Below, piece after piece: positions 26,200 through 37,587 of a DNA stretch of 64,000 nt. Position 1 is the first letter of the stretch, and each line of letters starts with the position of its first letter. The position numbers were made by a program, and so were the translations under genes. Source of the stretch: Mobula hypostoma (taxonomy: Eukaryota). Where the stretch lies: positions 86,306,001 through 86,370,000 of the forward strand of contig NC_086097.1 in the NCBI RefSeq assembly GCF_963921235.1, in the 5' to 3' direction. The notes beneath the pieces were generated by a model. The model was not told where the DNA came from. It ran no database searches and worked only from the letters and a program-made list of their open reading frames with translations.

Positions 26200-26785
26200 A
26201 TGGTGTCAAAATGTTTGCTGTAATGTGTCTAGTGTGGTAATGCTTGTGGCTCTCACTTGCAGCTTCCACCACTGGCTAGCACTCCTGCGAAAAGGAGAGC
26301 TGAATGTGTAAGTCACTCACTGCCAGTACACAGTCTCTCCAAAAGCAAGCCTCATGTAGTGCCTCCTCGCTGGCGACTCACAGAAACTGAACTCCTTTTG
26401 GACTCAGGTTGAACTACAGAGGATGGACAGGAGGTCTGGCTCCTGCACCCATAGTGAACCAAATCCCCAGCTATGGGTAAGTAGCCCCACTGCCTTGTGG
26501 GCAGCCTTGAAAGAGACAAAGGTTATGGGAGTGAACCCAGACAGAAAATCCAGAATGGAGCCCCTAAGGCAGCTGGATGTCATTGAACATCCTTCTGGCA
26601 GCTCCTGCAGCCAAGTTGGTGCCAAATGTATTTCTTCATAAGCTTTCCTTTGGACTACACTGGTGAGGCCGAGAGGGGGATCTTGAAACCTAGACATCTC
26701 AGGATCACCATACCTTCCGCCCAGGCTTGTGATGATGATCTTCATCACCCAATCTCCTTCGAGACAGACAGATGACAACCACCCT
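26200..26785 (+). mobile_element. Non-autonomous element resembling an RTE 5'UTR derivative
   Basis: CCCCAGCTATGGGTAAGTAG..GCCTTGTGGGCAGCC motif recalled from RTE 5'UTRs. No coding remnant. Confidence 0.4.
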
Positions 26786-27894
26786 ACATTATGGATGCCT
26801 AGTTTGTGTGCAGACCTTGCAAACGAAGGGGCATTTTGAAGATCAGTGGCTTCTCTTTGCTGCAGATCAGCAGGCCTCTTCCACTGCCTGGTAACTTGGT
26901 TGACAGCTGCACTTCAGACTTGAGAGTTGTGTGGGTTGCAAGCAGTTTGTAGGAACGAACCCCAACCTAACCTGAGGAAGGCCTATAATAGAAGGCAAGA
27001 CTAATTTCATAGGAAGGATGTTCCTTAAAAGTCAAGAATTTATTCCACTGATTTTAGTAGAATTGTCTATTGTCAACAACTGTTATCTCTCACTTAAACT
27101 GTTTATGTAAATTTGATGGCTCAAATTATGTATCTAAGAGACAATAACAAATAAATGCTATGATTTTATAAGCATACCAACAAAACAGAAGATCCCAGAT
27201 TAAGTATCTGACTTCAAATAACTTAGCTACATCAAGAAATTGATGTACTTAAACCTTTTCTCCATATATCTGGCTTTGGTAGACAGCCATGCTGATGTCA
27301 GCTGCTTGCTGGGAGCTGACCAGACAAGTATTGCCATCAAGTGGTCCGACAAGGATTTGCACAAAGACAGGATCTGGATTAGGACCCAGATCCCAATTAG
27401 GACGTGTTAGACAGTTAGGTTTTGGTCAACATGCAGGCTTGTTTCACTGTGGTAGAGATCCTAGACAATCAATGAAAATCAGACAGGGTTATATGAGTGA
27501 ACAGCTACTTAATAAATTTCTTGTTAGTAGAGTCTACACTTCAGATTATTGTGTTAGGTGCAAGCATGGCATACTTGACAGTGTTAAGATACAAGAGTAA
27601 AGTGACTGGTTCTAGGAATTCCCAAACAGCTCACAGAAGAATTAACCCCTCTTTCCTGAAGCATTTGCTGCTGCACATTATGTTTTTGTGAGCTGGGCAG
27701 CTCCTGGAAGCAAGCTGGGTGAAACATATGTGTTCTATATTCAAAAACGTTATCAGAACTGGACCAGTTTAGTCAGTTCCTGAGATAAGGTTAGGATTAC
27801 TAATTCTCTGGGATTACTGATTCTCTAGGATTCTTTGTGATATTAAAGTACAACTCCATGGAAACAGTTTTGAGCAACCCAGGGAAAAAAATAT

Positions 27895-28470
27895 CAGTGT
27901 CATACAGCATAGAGGCTCATTCTTCAACCTAACTGGTCCATACTAAACAAGTTAAATCACAATCAGTTTAATATCACTAACATCTATCGAGAAATTCGTT
28001 GTTTGGCAGCAGCAGTACTCATAAAATACAGCAAATTACAAAAATAAATATATTTTAGAAAATAAAATTAATTAAGCAGTGCAATAAGAGAGCAAAAATA
28101 GTAGGGCAATGTTTATGGTTTGTTTCATTGTCCATTCAGAAACCTGATGGCAGAGGGGAAGGGAGATTCCTAAAACATTGAGTATACCTCTCAGGTTGTC
28201 TTCCTGAGATGGTCCTATTTGCTTAAGGTTGGCCCATATCCCTCTAAACTTTTCCTATCTATCTAAATATGGGATAAACTTCCTTTTAAATGTTGCAATT
28301 GTTCCCATCTCTACTACTTCCTCTGGTATTTTGTTCCATATACCCACCTCTTTTTTGTGTGGAAAAATGTTCTTATGTCCCCAGTTAAAATTTCCCCTCT
28401 CACCTTTAACCTATGCCCTCTAGCTTTAGGCTCTTCTATCCTGGAAAAAAGGACTGACTCTACCTTTGCA
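27895..28470 (-). mobile_element. Old CR1 3' end with a nested Rex1-like tail (~27955-28200)
   Basis: The two parts resemble 540-830 and the Rex1-like 3' ends respectively. Confidence 0.5.
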
Positions 28471-29006
28471 CTCATGGCTTTTACATTTTATCACCGGAGA
28501 TTAAACATGTCAAATTATCATTTTCTTTGAAAACACTGGATTTATTTAAACATTATTTTTTTAAATGATTGAGGAGGGGAGAAGGGTGTTAGATAGTGTG
28601 GAGTGATTACTGGTAGAGTGGAAGGAAAAGGAAAAACTTTATAGGACTATTTTCCACCAGGATTATCTAGGACTCAAGATGGAACAATCAGAGTTGTTGA
28701 CAAGAAGAGAAGCAGGTGGTCCCAAGATTAATAATATTTTATCTAAATCTGATTTATTAGAACAAGGAATGGAATAGAAACAGAAAATCCAGCCAGAGGT
28801 ACTGAAGCAGACTGCTCTAGATCAGTCAGACTCCGAAGCAACAATAATCTATCTTGATGCAAATATTCAATTTTGTTTTCTAAACACATCCTCATCTCCA
28901 AATTCCATCAGGAACCAACAAGTTAAAAGACTCCCTTCTGTGCCAGTGTGATATTCAGATTAGGTTTGCCAATGTTGGTAGGATATATTCTTGGACTTCT
29001 TATCAT

Positions 29007-31886
29007 GTGACCTTATGCAAAAGATCCATGATAATGCCATTCGCTGAAGCTATTCGGCGAGACCCCAAAATATCTGCTCCAGACATAAGACTAAAGTCAC
29101 ATAAAGTTACATTGTATGCGGATGATGTTCTAATTTTCTTATCAGACCCTGTTATATCAGTGCACCACCTTATACAATGCATCAATTCATTTAGCGCTTT
29201 TTCGGGTGATAAAATAAACTTTACTAAATCAGAGGCTATGCCTCTGGGGAATCTGCAGCCAGAACCTGACACTCAGGGTGTTTTCCCCTTTAAATGGTCG
29301 CAGACAGGTTTTGTTTACTTAGGCATATTTATCACACCTATATTTAATCAATTGTTCAAAGCTAACTTTACACAGTTATTTGACAAAATCAAACAGTGCA
29401 GAGAGACAGAGGGGTGTAAAGTGAGCGTAGAAGCAAAAAGTACAAAGGAGAAAAGTAAAAGTGGCAGGCCGACAAATCCAGGGCAAGCATTAAAAAGGGC
29501 TAAGAGAGTTATAAAAGAGCGCCTGAAGGCTTTATGTGTCAATGCAAGGAGCATTCGTAATAAGGTGGATGAATTGAAAGTGCAGATTGTTATTAATGAT
29601 TATGATATAGTTGGGATCACAGAGACATGGCTCCAGGGTGACCAGGGATGGGAGCTCAACGTTCAGGGATATTCAATATTCAGGAGGGATAGACATGAAG
29701 GAAGGGGAGGTGGGGTGGCGTTGCTGGTTAAAAAAGAGATTAACGCAATAGAAAGGAAGGACATAAGCCGGGAAGATGTGGAATCGATATGGGTAGAGCT
29801 GCATAACACTAAGGGGCAGAAGACGCTGGTGGGAGTTATGTACAGGCCACCTAACAGTAGTAGTGAGGTCGGAGATGGTATTAAACAGGAAATTAGAAAT
29901 GTGTGCAATAAAGGAACAGCAGTTATAATGGGTGACTTCAATCTACATGTTGACTGGGTGAACCAATTTGGTAAAGGTGCTGAGGAAGAGGATTTCTTGG
30001 AATGTATGCGGGATGGTTTTTTGAACCAACATGTCGAGGAACCAACTAGAGAGCAGGTTATTCTGGACTGGGTTTTGAGCAATGAGGAAGGGTTAATTAG
30101 CGATCTTGTCGTGAGAGGCCCCTTGGGTAAGAGTGACCATAATATGGTGGAATTCTTCATTAACATGGAGAGTGACATAGTTAATTCAGAAACAAAGGTT
30201 CTGAACTTAAAGAGGGGTAACTTTGAAGGTATGAGACGTGAATTAGCTAAGATAGACTGGCAAATGACACTTAAAGGATTGACGGTGGATATGCAATGGC
30301 TAGCATTTAAAGGTTGCATGGATGAACTACAACAATTGTTCATCCCAGTTTGGCAAAAGAATAAATCAAGGAAGATAGTGCACCCGTGGCTGACAAGAGA
30401 AATTAGGGATAGTATCAATTCCAAAGAAGTAGCATACAAATTAGCCAGAGAAAGTGGCTCACCTGAGGACTGGGAGAAATTCAGAGTTCAGCAGAGGAGG
30501 ACAAAGGGCTTAATTAGAAAGGGGAAAAAAGGTTATGAGAGAAAACTGGCGGGGAACATAAAAACGGACTGTAAAAGCTTTTATAGATATGTAAAAAGGA
30601 AAAGACTGGTAAAGACAAATGTAGGTCCCCTGCAGACAGAAACAGGTGAATTGATTATGGGGAGCAAGGACATGGCAGACCAATTGAATAATTACTTTGG
30701 TTCTGTCTTCACTAAGGAGGACATAAATAATCTTCCAGAAATAGTAAGGGACAGAGGGTCCAGTGAGATGGAGGAACTGAGTGAAATACATGTTAGTAGG
30801 GAAGTGGTGTTAGGTAAATTGAAGGGATTGAAGGCAGATAAATCCCCAGGGCCAGATGGTCTGCATCCCAGAGTGCTTAAGGAAGTAGCCCAAGAAATAG
30901 TGGATGCATTAGTGATAATTTTTCAAAACTCGTTAGATTCTGGACTAGTTCCTGAGGATTGGAGGGTGGCTAATGTAACCCCACTTTTTAAAAAAGGAGG
31001 GAGAGAGAAACTGGGGAATTATAGACCGGTTAGCCTAACGTCGGTGGTGGGGAAACTGCTGGAGTCAGTTATCAAGGATGTGATAACAGCACATTTGGAA
31101 AGCGGTGAAATGATCGAACAAAGTCAGCATGGAATTGTGAAAGGAAAATCATGTCTGACGAATCCCATAGAATTTTTTGAGGATGTAACTAGTAGAGTGG
31201 ATAGGGGAGAACCAGTGGATGTGGTATATTTGGATTTTCAAAAGGCTTTTGACAAGGTCCCACACAGGAGATTAGTGTGCAAACTTAAAGCACACGGTAT
31301 TGGGGGTAAGGTATTGGTGTGGGTGGAGAATTGGTTAGCAGACAGGAAGCAGAGAGTGGGAATAAACGGGACCTTTTCAGAATGGCAGGCGGTGACTAGT
31401 GGGGTACCGCAAGGCTCAGTGCTGGGACCCCAGTTGTTTACAATATATATTAATGACTTGGATGAGGGAATTAAATGCAGCATCTCCAAGTTTGCGGATG
31501 ACACGAAGCTGGGTGGCAGTGTTAGCAGTGACGAGGATGCTAAGAGGATGCAGGGTGAATTGGATAGGTTGGGTGAGTGGGCAAACTCATGGCAGATGCA
31601 ATTTAATGTGGATAAATGTGAAGTTATCCACTTTGGTGGCAAAAATAGGAAAACAGATTATTATCTGAATGGTGGCCGATTAGGAAAAGGGGAGGTGCAA
31701 CGGGACCTGGGTGTCATTATACACCAGTCATTGAAAGTGGGCATGCAGGTACAGCAGGCGGTGAAAAAGGCGAACGGTATGCTGGCATTTATAGCGAGAG
31801 GATTCGAGTACAGGAGCAGGGAGGTACTACTGCAGTTGTACAAGGCCTTGGTGAGACCACACCTGGAGTATTGTGTGCAGTTTTAG
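29007..31886 (+). CDS. 959-aa chimeric ORF: L1 RT fragment fused in frame to CR1 ORF2 (expression unknown)
   Basis: Contains LYADD (L1) and KFADD (CR1). Junction at ..KIKQ|CRETEG. Confidence 0.35.
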   Translation: MTLCKRSMIMPFAEAIRRDPKISAPDIRLKSHKVTLYADDVLIFLSDPVISVHHLIQCINSFSAFSGDKINFTKSEAMPLGNLQPEPDTQGVFPFKWSQTGFVYLGIFITPIFNQLFKANFTQLFDKIKQCRETEGCKVSVEAKSTKEKSKSGRPTNPGQALKRAKRVIKERLKALCVNARSIRNKVDELKVQIVINDYDIVGITETWLQGDQGWELNVQGYSIFRRDRHEGRGGGVALLVKKEINAIERKDISREDVESIWVELHNTKGQKTLVGVMYRPPNSSSEVGDGIKQEIRNVCNKGTAVIMGDFNLHVDWVNQFGKGAEEEDFLECMRDGFLNQHVEEPTREQVILDWVLSNEEGLISDLVVRGPLGKSDHNMVEFFINMESDIVNSETKVLNLKRGNFEGMRRELAKIDWQMTLKGLTVDMQWLAFKGCMDELQQLFIPVWQKNKSRKIVHPWLTREIRDSINSKEVAYKLARESGSPEDWEKFRVQQRRTKGLIRKGKKGYERKLAGNIKTDCKSFYRYVKRKRLVKTNVGPLQTETGELIMGSKDMADQLNNYFGSVFTKEDINNLPEIVRDRGSSEMEELSEIHVSREVVLGKLKGLKADKSPGPDGLHPRVLKEVAQEIVDALVIIFQNSLDSGLVPEDWRVANVTPLFKKGGREKLGNYRPVSLTSVVGKLLESVIKDVITAHLESGEMIEQSQHGIVKGKSCLTNPIEFFEDVTSRVDRGEPVDVVYLDFQKAFDKVPHRRLVCKLKAHGIGGKVLVWVENWLADRKQRVGINGTFSEWQAVTSGVPQGSVLGPQLFTIYINDLDEGIKCSISKFADDTKLGGSVSSDEDAKRMQGELDRLGEWANSWQMQFNVDKCEVIHFGGKNRKTDYYLNGGRLGKGEVQRDLGVIIHQSLKVGMQVQQAVKKANGMLAFIARGFEYRSREVLLQLYKALVRPHLEYCVQF

Positions 31887-33950
31887 TCCCCTAATCTGAG
31901 GAAAGACATCTTTGCCATAGAGGGAGTACAAAGGAGGTTCACCAGATTGATTCCTGGGATGGCAGGTCTTTCATATGAAGAAAGACTGGATGAACTGGGC
32001 TTGTACTCGTTGGAATTTAGAAGATTGAGGGGGGATCTGATTGAAACGTATAAGATCCTAAAGGGATTGGACAGGCTAGATGCGGGAAGATTGTTCCCGA
32101 TGTTGGGGAGGTCCAGAACGAGGGGTCACAGTTTGAGGATAGAGGGGAAGCCTTTTAGGACCGAGATTAGGAAAAACTTCTTCACACAGAGGGTGGTGAA
32201 TCTGTGGAATTCTCTGCCACAGCAAACTGTTGAGGCCAGTTCATTGGCTATGTTTAAGAGGGAGTTAGATATGGCCCTTGTGGCTACAGGGGTCAGGGGG
32301 TATGGAGGGAAGGCTGGGTTCTGAGTTGGATGATCAGCCATGATCATAATAAATGGTGGTGCAGGCTCGAAGGGCCGAATGGCCTACTCCTGCACCTATT
32401 TTCTATGTTTCTATGTTTCTATCTTGAGTGATGGAGCACTCTTCCTATTTCTTGGCTTGGCCGAATATCCTTGCTCAAAATGAACAGTCTGCCTCGTCTG
32501 CTCTAGCCAATATGAATGATTCCAGTCATGGCTGGTGTGTCTCTTTCATCTGGAACAAAAAAAGACCCTGTATTAAAATGGCTAAGTTACAGATTCCCAG
32601 TAGTCTAGGGGGTCTGGATTGTCCAGACATCAAAAAATATCAATTAAGTTCCTTTTTATCTTATGTGGTTGACTGGGTTTGCAGGGACCCCTCCTCAATT
32701 TGGCTGGACATTGAAGCTTCACAAGCAAAATGCCCTCTTATTAATTTGCTTTTCCTCAATAAGATGAAACTAGTTAAGGAATATTGTTGCAATCCAATAA
32801 CAATTAATACAGTCAGGGCTTGGAGGGCGGTGCAACAAATTAAGGGCAACGCAGCGAAAATATCACCCTTCACTCCAATAACCGGCAGTCCAGATTTTCA
32901 GCCTGGCATAATGGATTCTGGACTTAAACTTTGGATTTCTAAGGGTATTTTCCATCTAGGAGATTTGTTTGATGAAGGAACGATGATGTCTTTTAGCCAA
33001 ATAGCACAGAAATTTAACATACCCAACAAGGATCTTTTTCGCTTCTTTCAGATAAGAGATTATTTTCAGAAAAAAACATCATTATTAACTGATTTCTATA
33101 GTTCTGACATAGAAAAGAGGGTGTTTCGTTCTAAAGGTGAAGTCTCCATTAGTACTTTTTACAGCATCCTGAGGGAATGTTCTTGTGGAGAGACTGAGCA
33201 GCTGGGAAGGGTCTGGGAGGAAAAGCTGGGAGTAGAAATTACAGCTGAAACATGGGAAGACATCTGTGATAATGCAAAGAAAATTTCAGTTTGTAACAGA
33301 ACTAAAGCATTGCAACTCAAAATTCTGCATAGAGACCACCTGACTCCAGATCGCCTCTCGAAATTTAAGACGGGAGTTTCTCCAATGTGTTCTAAATGTA
33401 AAGTAAATACTGGAACTTTCACCAACTGTTTTTGGACTTGTCCCAAACTTCAGGCATACTGGAGTGATATTTTGGGTGAAATGGAAAAGAATCTGAAGAT
33501 GGAGTTTGAACTGGACCCAGTGTCTTTTCTCTTAGGCTTACCCAGCAGTCGTATTAATAATGCACATCAGAAAAAACTTTTTAACATCCTGACTTTTTGT
33601 GCGAGGAAGAACATCTTACATTGTTGGATATCCAATAAGGCCCATGGACTTTTTGGTTGGTGTAAGTTAATCACAGAATACATTCCTTTGGACTTTTTGA
33701 CATGTATAGTACACTCAAAAACAAATAGTCTTCATAAAACATGGCAACCTTTTCTGCAGTACGTAGGTGTAAACCTGTCTGCTATACTAATAAGGGCTTT
33801 TATATAGGATGTTGGGGCGATGTCTATATTTTGATGGAAGTGTTCTGATAGCTGATATCTGTGAGGGGAAGAAATGTAAATGTATCTGTAAATTGAAAGT
33901 TTTGTTATGCTGAGCAAAAAATAAATAAATAGATATTAAAAAACAAATCA
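29030..33950 (+). mobile_element. L1-clade LINE, 5'-truncated, split by a young CR1
   Basis: HKVTLYADDVLIFL..FSGDKINFTKS..KIKQ, resuming at 32422 as LE*WSTLPISWLGRISLLKMN, FIWNKKRP, CSKCK..CFWTCP. AATAAA and A-rich end. Confidence 0.9.
29397..32421 (+). mobile_element. Young CR1 copy with near-intact ORF2 (single TGG>TAG stop at 31884-31886)
   Basis: Continuous APE-RT frame up to the stop, continuing in frame to 32324. (TTCTATGT)n tail. Confidence 0.95.
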
Positions 33951-34389
33951 ATGTTTTCATAGAAAATGAAAGTTTGATCATGATTATCTCGAGTGATATT
34001 TCACCCTATTTTCAAAGAATATTGCTTAAAATACATAGAACTTAAACCACTTTAGGCCACATTTTATAATGCTGTTTACATTGTAAATACATATTGATAT
34101 TTATGTACTTATGCACATTTCATTCCATATCTGTACTTTAACTTTTGTTCATTTTTTATAAAATTATTTATTATTATAATTGTTGAATGTTGTTGTTCAT
34201 GGTTGGATGTTGCACCAACACACCACACAGATAATTATTGATGCATTTAAATTATATAGCAAATAAAATTGACCCTAGATACTTGATCCTTGAATAATCC
34301 TTAGGAATTAGGACTTCTGGTAAGAAAGCAGCACACTCGGATGCACTGGCTTCTATGGATCAAACTAAGATGTTATTGTCTTTATGAGA

Positions 34390-35075
34390 CATTTTTTATA
34401 ATTGCAAGACCCTGACGGAAATTAAGAACTCCAAGTAGTGCAGGTCTACCCATCAGCAACTTGCTCATTGGCGGAGAAACTGAAGGAGCTGGACTAAGTG
34501 TGGATCATCAGAGAGTCGTCGGAGGAGTCGTTGCGTAAAGGAGGTGTGCAGTCTAACAGCGATGGAATCGGTGCTCTCCATCGAAGGCAGTGTGGTATGG
34601 CGTCGAAGCTGGAGTCGGTCCTGTCCCCTGGTGCTTGCTTGGCAGAAGGCAAGATGTATTATGTTCGAAGCAACGCGTACAATGCTGGAGGAATTCAGGA
34701 AGCCAGGCAGGAATATGGAAAAGAGTAAACAGTTGACGTTTCGGGCTGCGACCCTTCCCATTTCCATAGAGCTGCCTGGCCTGCTGAGCCTGTCCAGCAC
34801 TTTATGTGTGTTACTTTGCATCCGAATCTGCAGATTTTCTCATGTATCGTGTTGGAGCAGACTTCTGGATCAGCTGTGAGCTCACTTTTGTGATCTTCAG
34901 TCCTGAATGCTATTTGCGTTCTTTTATTGTTTGCATGATTAGCTTCCTTTCTTGCACATTGGATGTTTAACGGTTTTGTTTTTTAATGGGTTCTTTTGGG
35001 TTTCTTTGTTTTGTGGTTGCGAATCTTAAGTTTGTATACAGTAGCATACTTTGATAATAAATGTACTCTAACTTT
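34390..35075 (+). mobile_element. Non-coding retroposed repeat with a Rex1-like tail, containing a Penelope-derived palindromic insert (~34669-34845)
   Basis: Tail TTTGATAATAAATGTACT. The insert arms TGCTGGA..GCCAGGCAG / CTGCCTGGC..TCCAGCA resemble 44172-44380. Confidence 0.55.
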
Positions 35076-35849
35076 GCAGACTGCTGCGACATTCAGGACT
35101 CAGGCTCTTTGACTATAAATATTTTTTGTGTGACTGTACTTTACTGATATCTTGTATGTGCCTTGCACTTTATGTGACTTTTGGTACTGTGTATTTCACC
35201 CTGGCCCTGCAGTAACATTGTCACGTTTGACTGTATTCATGAGTATTCATGGACGGTTGAATGACAATTAAACTTGAACTTGAATTTGAATCCTGAAGAA
35301 ATAGCAATTCTAATGCACAAACCCTGCTGAGTTTGTCAAATTAGCACTGAACTTTGATGAACCTCATACTCTAGACTCCACTCCTTGTTTCAGCATTGAC
35401 ATTAGTCGTCTTTCACAGGAAAACATACAGGAAGTTCCCAGGCTGTTCATTTTCCCTTATAGTGTTAATTAGTGTGATTAATAGCTCAAGGTTGTTAATT
35501 TAAAATGGTAGAACAATAAAGAGGCTATACTTTTAAGTCAACTTCTTTCTAGTTTGCCACTGATTGAAATGGCATAGCTAGGAAGAACTGTGTAGGAGAT
35601 GGTCTAAATATTTCAAATAAACACCCTTGCAACTATATATGTTACATACTTGGGTAATTGTGGCCAACTCCCAGTGGGGACCAAAAATAATCTCAAGTGA
35701 CCTATTTTCATTAGCAATGGTTTTATATCAGCAACTGCAATCTATCCTGTTTGTCTTTCTTGGGCTGTGGAACAGTTGAGCACATCATTACTCCTATAAT
35801 GCCTTTCCAACTAACTGAATACAACATCTCCTGCCTACAGGCAAAGGCT

Positions 35850-36730
35850 AACTATCGGTGGCTCTCTGCTCCCCTCTACACCAATGTCCCCCAGAGATCT
35901 ATTTTTGATTCTTGCCTGCTTCCTGTCCCTTAGCAACAGCATACAAAATTATGGCAGCTCACTCAGATATGCTCTTTCCTGCAATATTCCCTCTCGTATC
36001 CTCACCATCTTTAAGTCTCCACCTCTGGTTATTTGCCCAACATCCAACACTGTAACATCAAGTATCTTCTCGAACTAAACATATGGCAAAACAAATGCTT
36101 TCTTTGCAGTCCGTCACCAGTGCTGCCTTCTGGTCATCAGTTCCACCTATCTCCCAGGCAACTGTCTGAAATCAAATCATTCTGATTACAATTTTCTAAC
36201 ATATTTGACCAGTAATGAATTTCAGACCCAATTTCCACTAAAGCCATCTATTTCAATCCGCATAACATCAACTGCCTCTCCCTCCAGTTATCCCTGCCTT
36301 ATAGCTCAGCCATTTCTTTCTTAATCCAGGACTTAACTATGCACCTGGTTGCCTTTTTCATTCCTTGATAAACATGATTCCTCAGAAATTTTCCTGACCA
36401 TACCTTAACTCACGGCAAGTTCAGTTCACCAGTCACCTTTCTGTTTGCTGATTTATATAAGCTCTCAGTAAACACTGAATATTTTTTTTCTTTCTGCAAG
36501 TTCCTTTTGTTTGCTGTGGCTGTAGGGATGTTCTCATGATCTAGCTCCGAGGAAGTTTCATTGCAACTTTTCTTTGGAATGTTGGACACCAAACTTTTTA
36601 ATTAACTCTTGTTCACTAACCCCCCGAAGGTGAGTCCACATCCCGAATCACTGAGAATTGTTGGATTTAATTGTTCCACCACTGACAGCTGTGTCTTCAA
36701 TTTCTAGGACAATTCCCTCTCTTAGCTTCC
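35850..36730 (+). mobile_element. Ancient L2-like LINE remnant
   Basis: NVPQRSIF (GVPQGS-like) motif and pyrimidine-rich composition. Heavily decayed. Confidence 0.5.
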
Positions 36731-36734
36731 ATAA

Positions 36735-37545
36735 GACCATAATACTTAGGAATAGAATTATGCCATTCGATCCGCTGAATCTGCTCTGCCATTCTATCAT
36801 GGCTGATCCATTTCCCTCTCAACCCCATTCTCCTGCCTTCTCCCTGTAACCTTTGATGCCCTGACTAATCAAGAACTGAACAACCTCTGCATTAAATACA
36901 CCCAATGACTTGGCCTCCACAGCCATCTGTGGCAATGAATTTTACAGATTTACCACCCTCTGGCTAAATAAATAACTCCTCATCTCTGTTCTAAGGTGAT
37001 GCCTTGTATTCTGAAGCTGTGCCCTCTGGTCCTAGATTCCCCCCACTATAGGAAAAATCCACTCCACATCCACTATATCTAGGCCTTTCAATAGTTGAAA
37101 AGAGCTCCCTTTCATACTTCTAAACTCCAGCATGTACATATCCAGAACCATCAAATGTTCCTCATATGTTAAATCTTTCATTACCAGGATCATTCTCGTC
37201 AACCTGCTCTGGGCCCTCTCCAATCAAGCACATCCTTTCTTAAATAAGGGGCTCTAAACTGCTCACAATACTCCAAGCATGGCCCGACCAATGCCCAGAA
37301 AATCCTCAACATTAAATCCTTTCTATTTTATTTGAGAAACCTCGAAATGACTGCTCTCATCGGATTTGGCTTCCTTACTATGGACTCAGCCTGCAAGACA
37401 ACCTTCAAAGAATTCTGGATAAGGACTCCCAAGTTCCTTTGCAACTCTTATTTCTGAATTTGCTCCCATTTAGAAAGTAGTCTATGCCCTTATTCCTTCT
37501 ACCAAAGTGCATCACCATATATTTCCCTAGACTGCAGTCTATACA
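36735..37545 (-). mobile_element. Older CR1 3' fragment
   Basis: ERAQSRLTRMI..LTYEE..LEFRSM motif and CR1 3'UTR. Confidence 0.85.
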
Positions 37546-37587
37546 TTTCTTTCCTCATTTAATAACCTCCTTAAAATACTGTGTATG

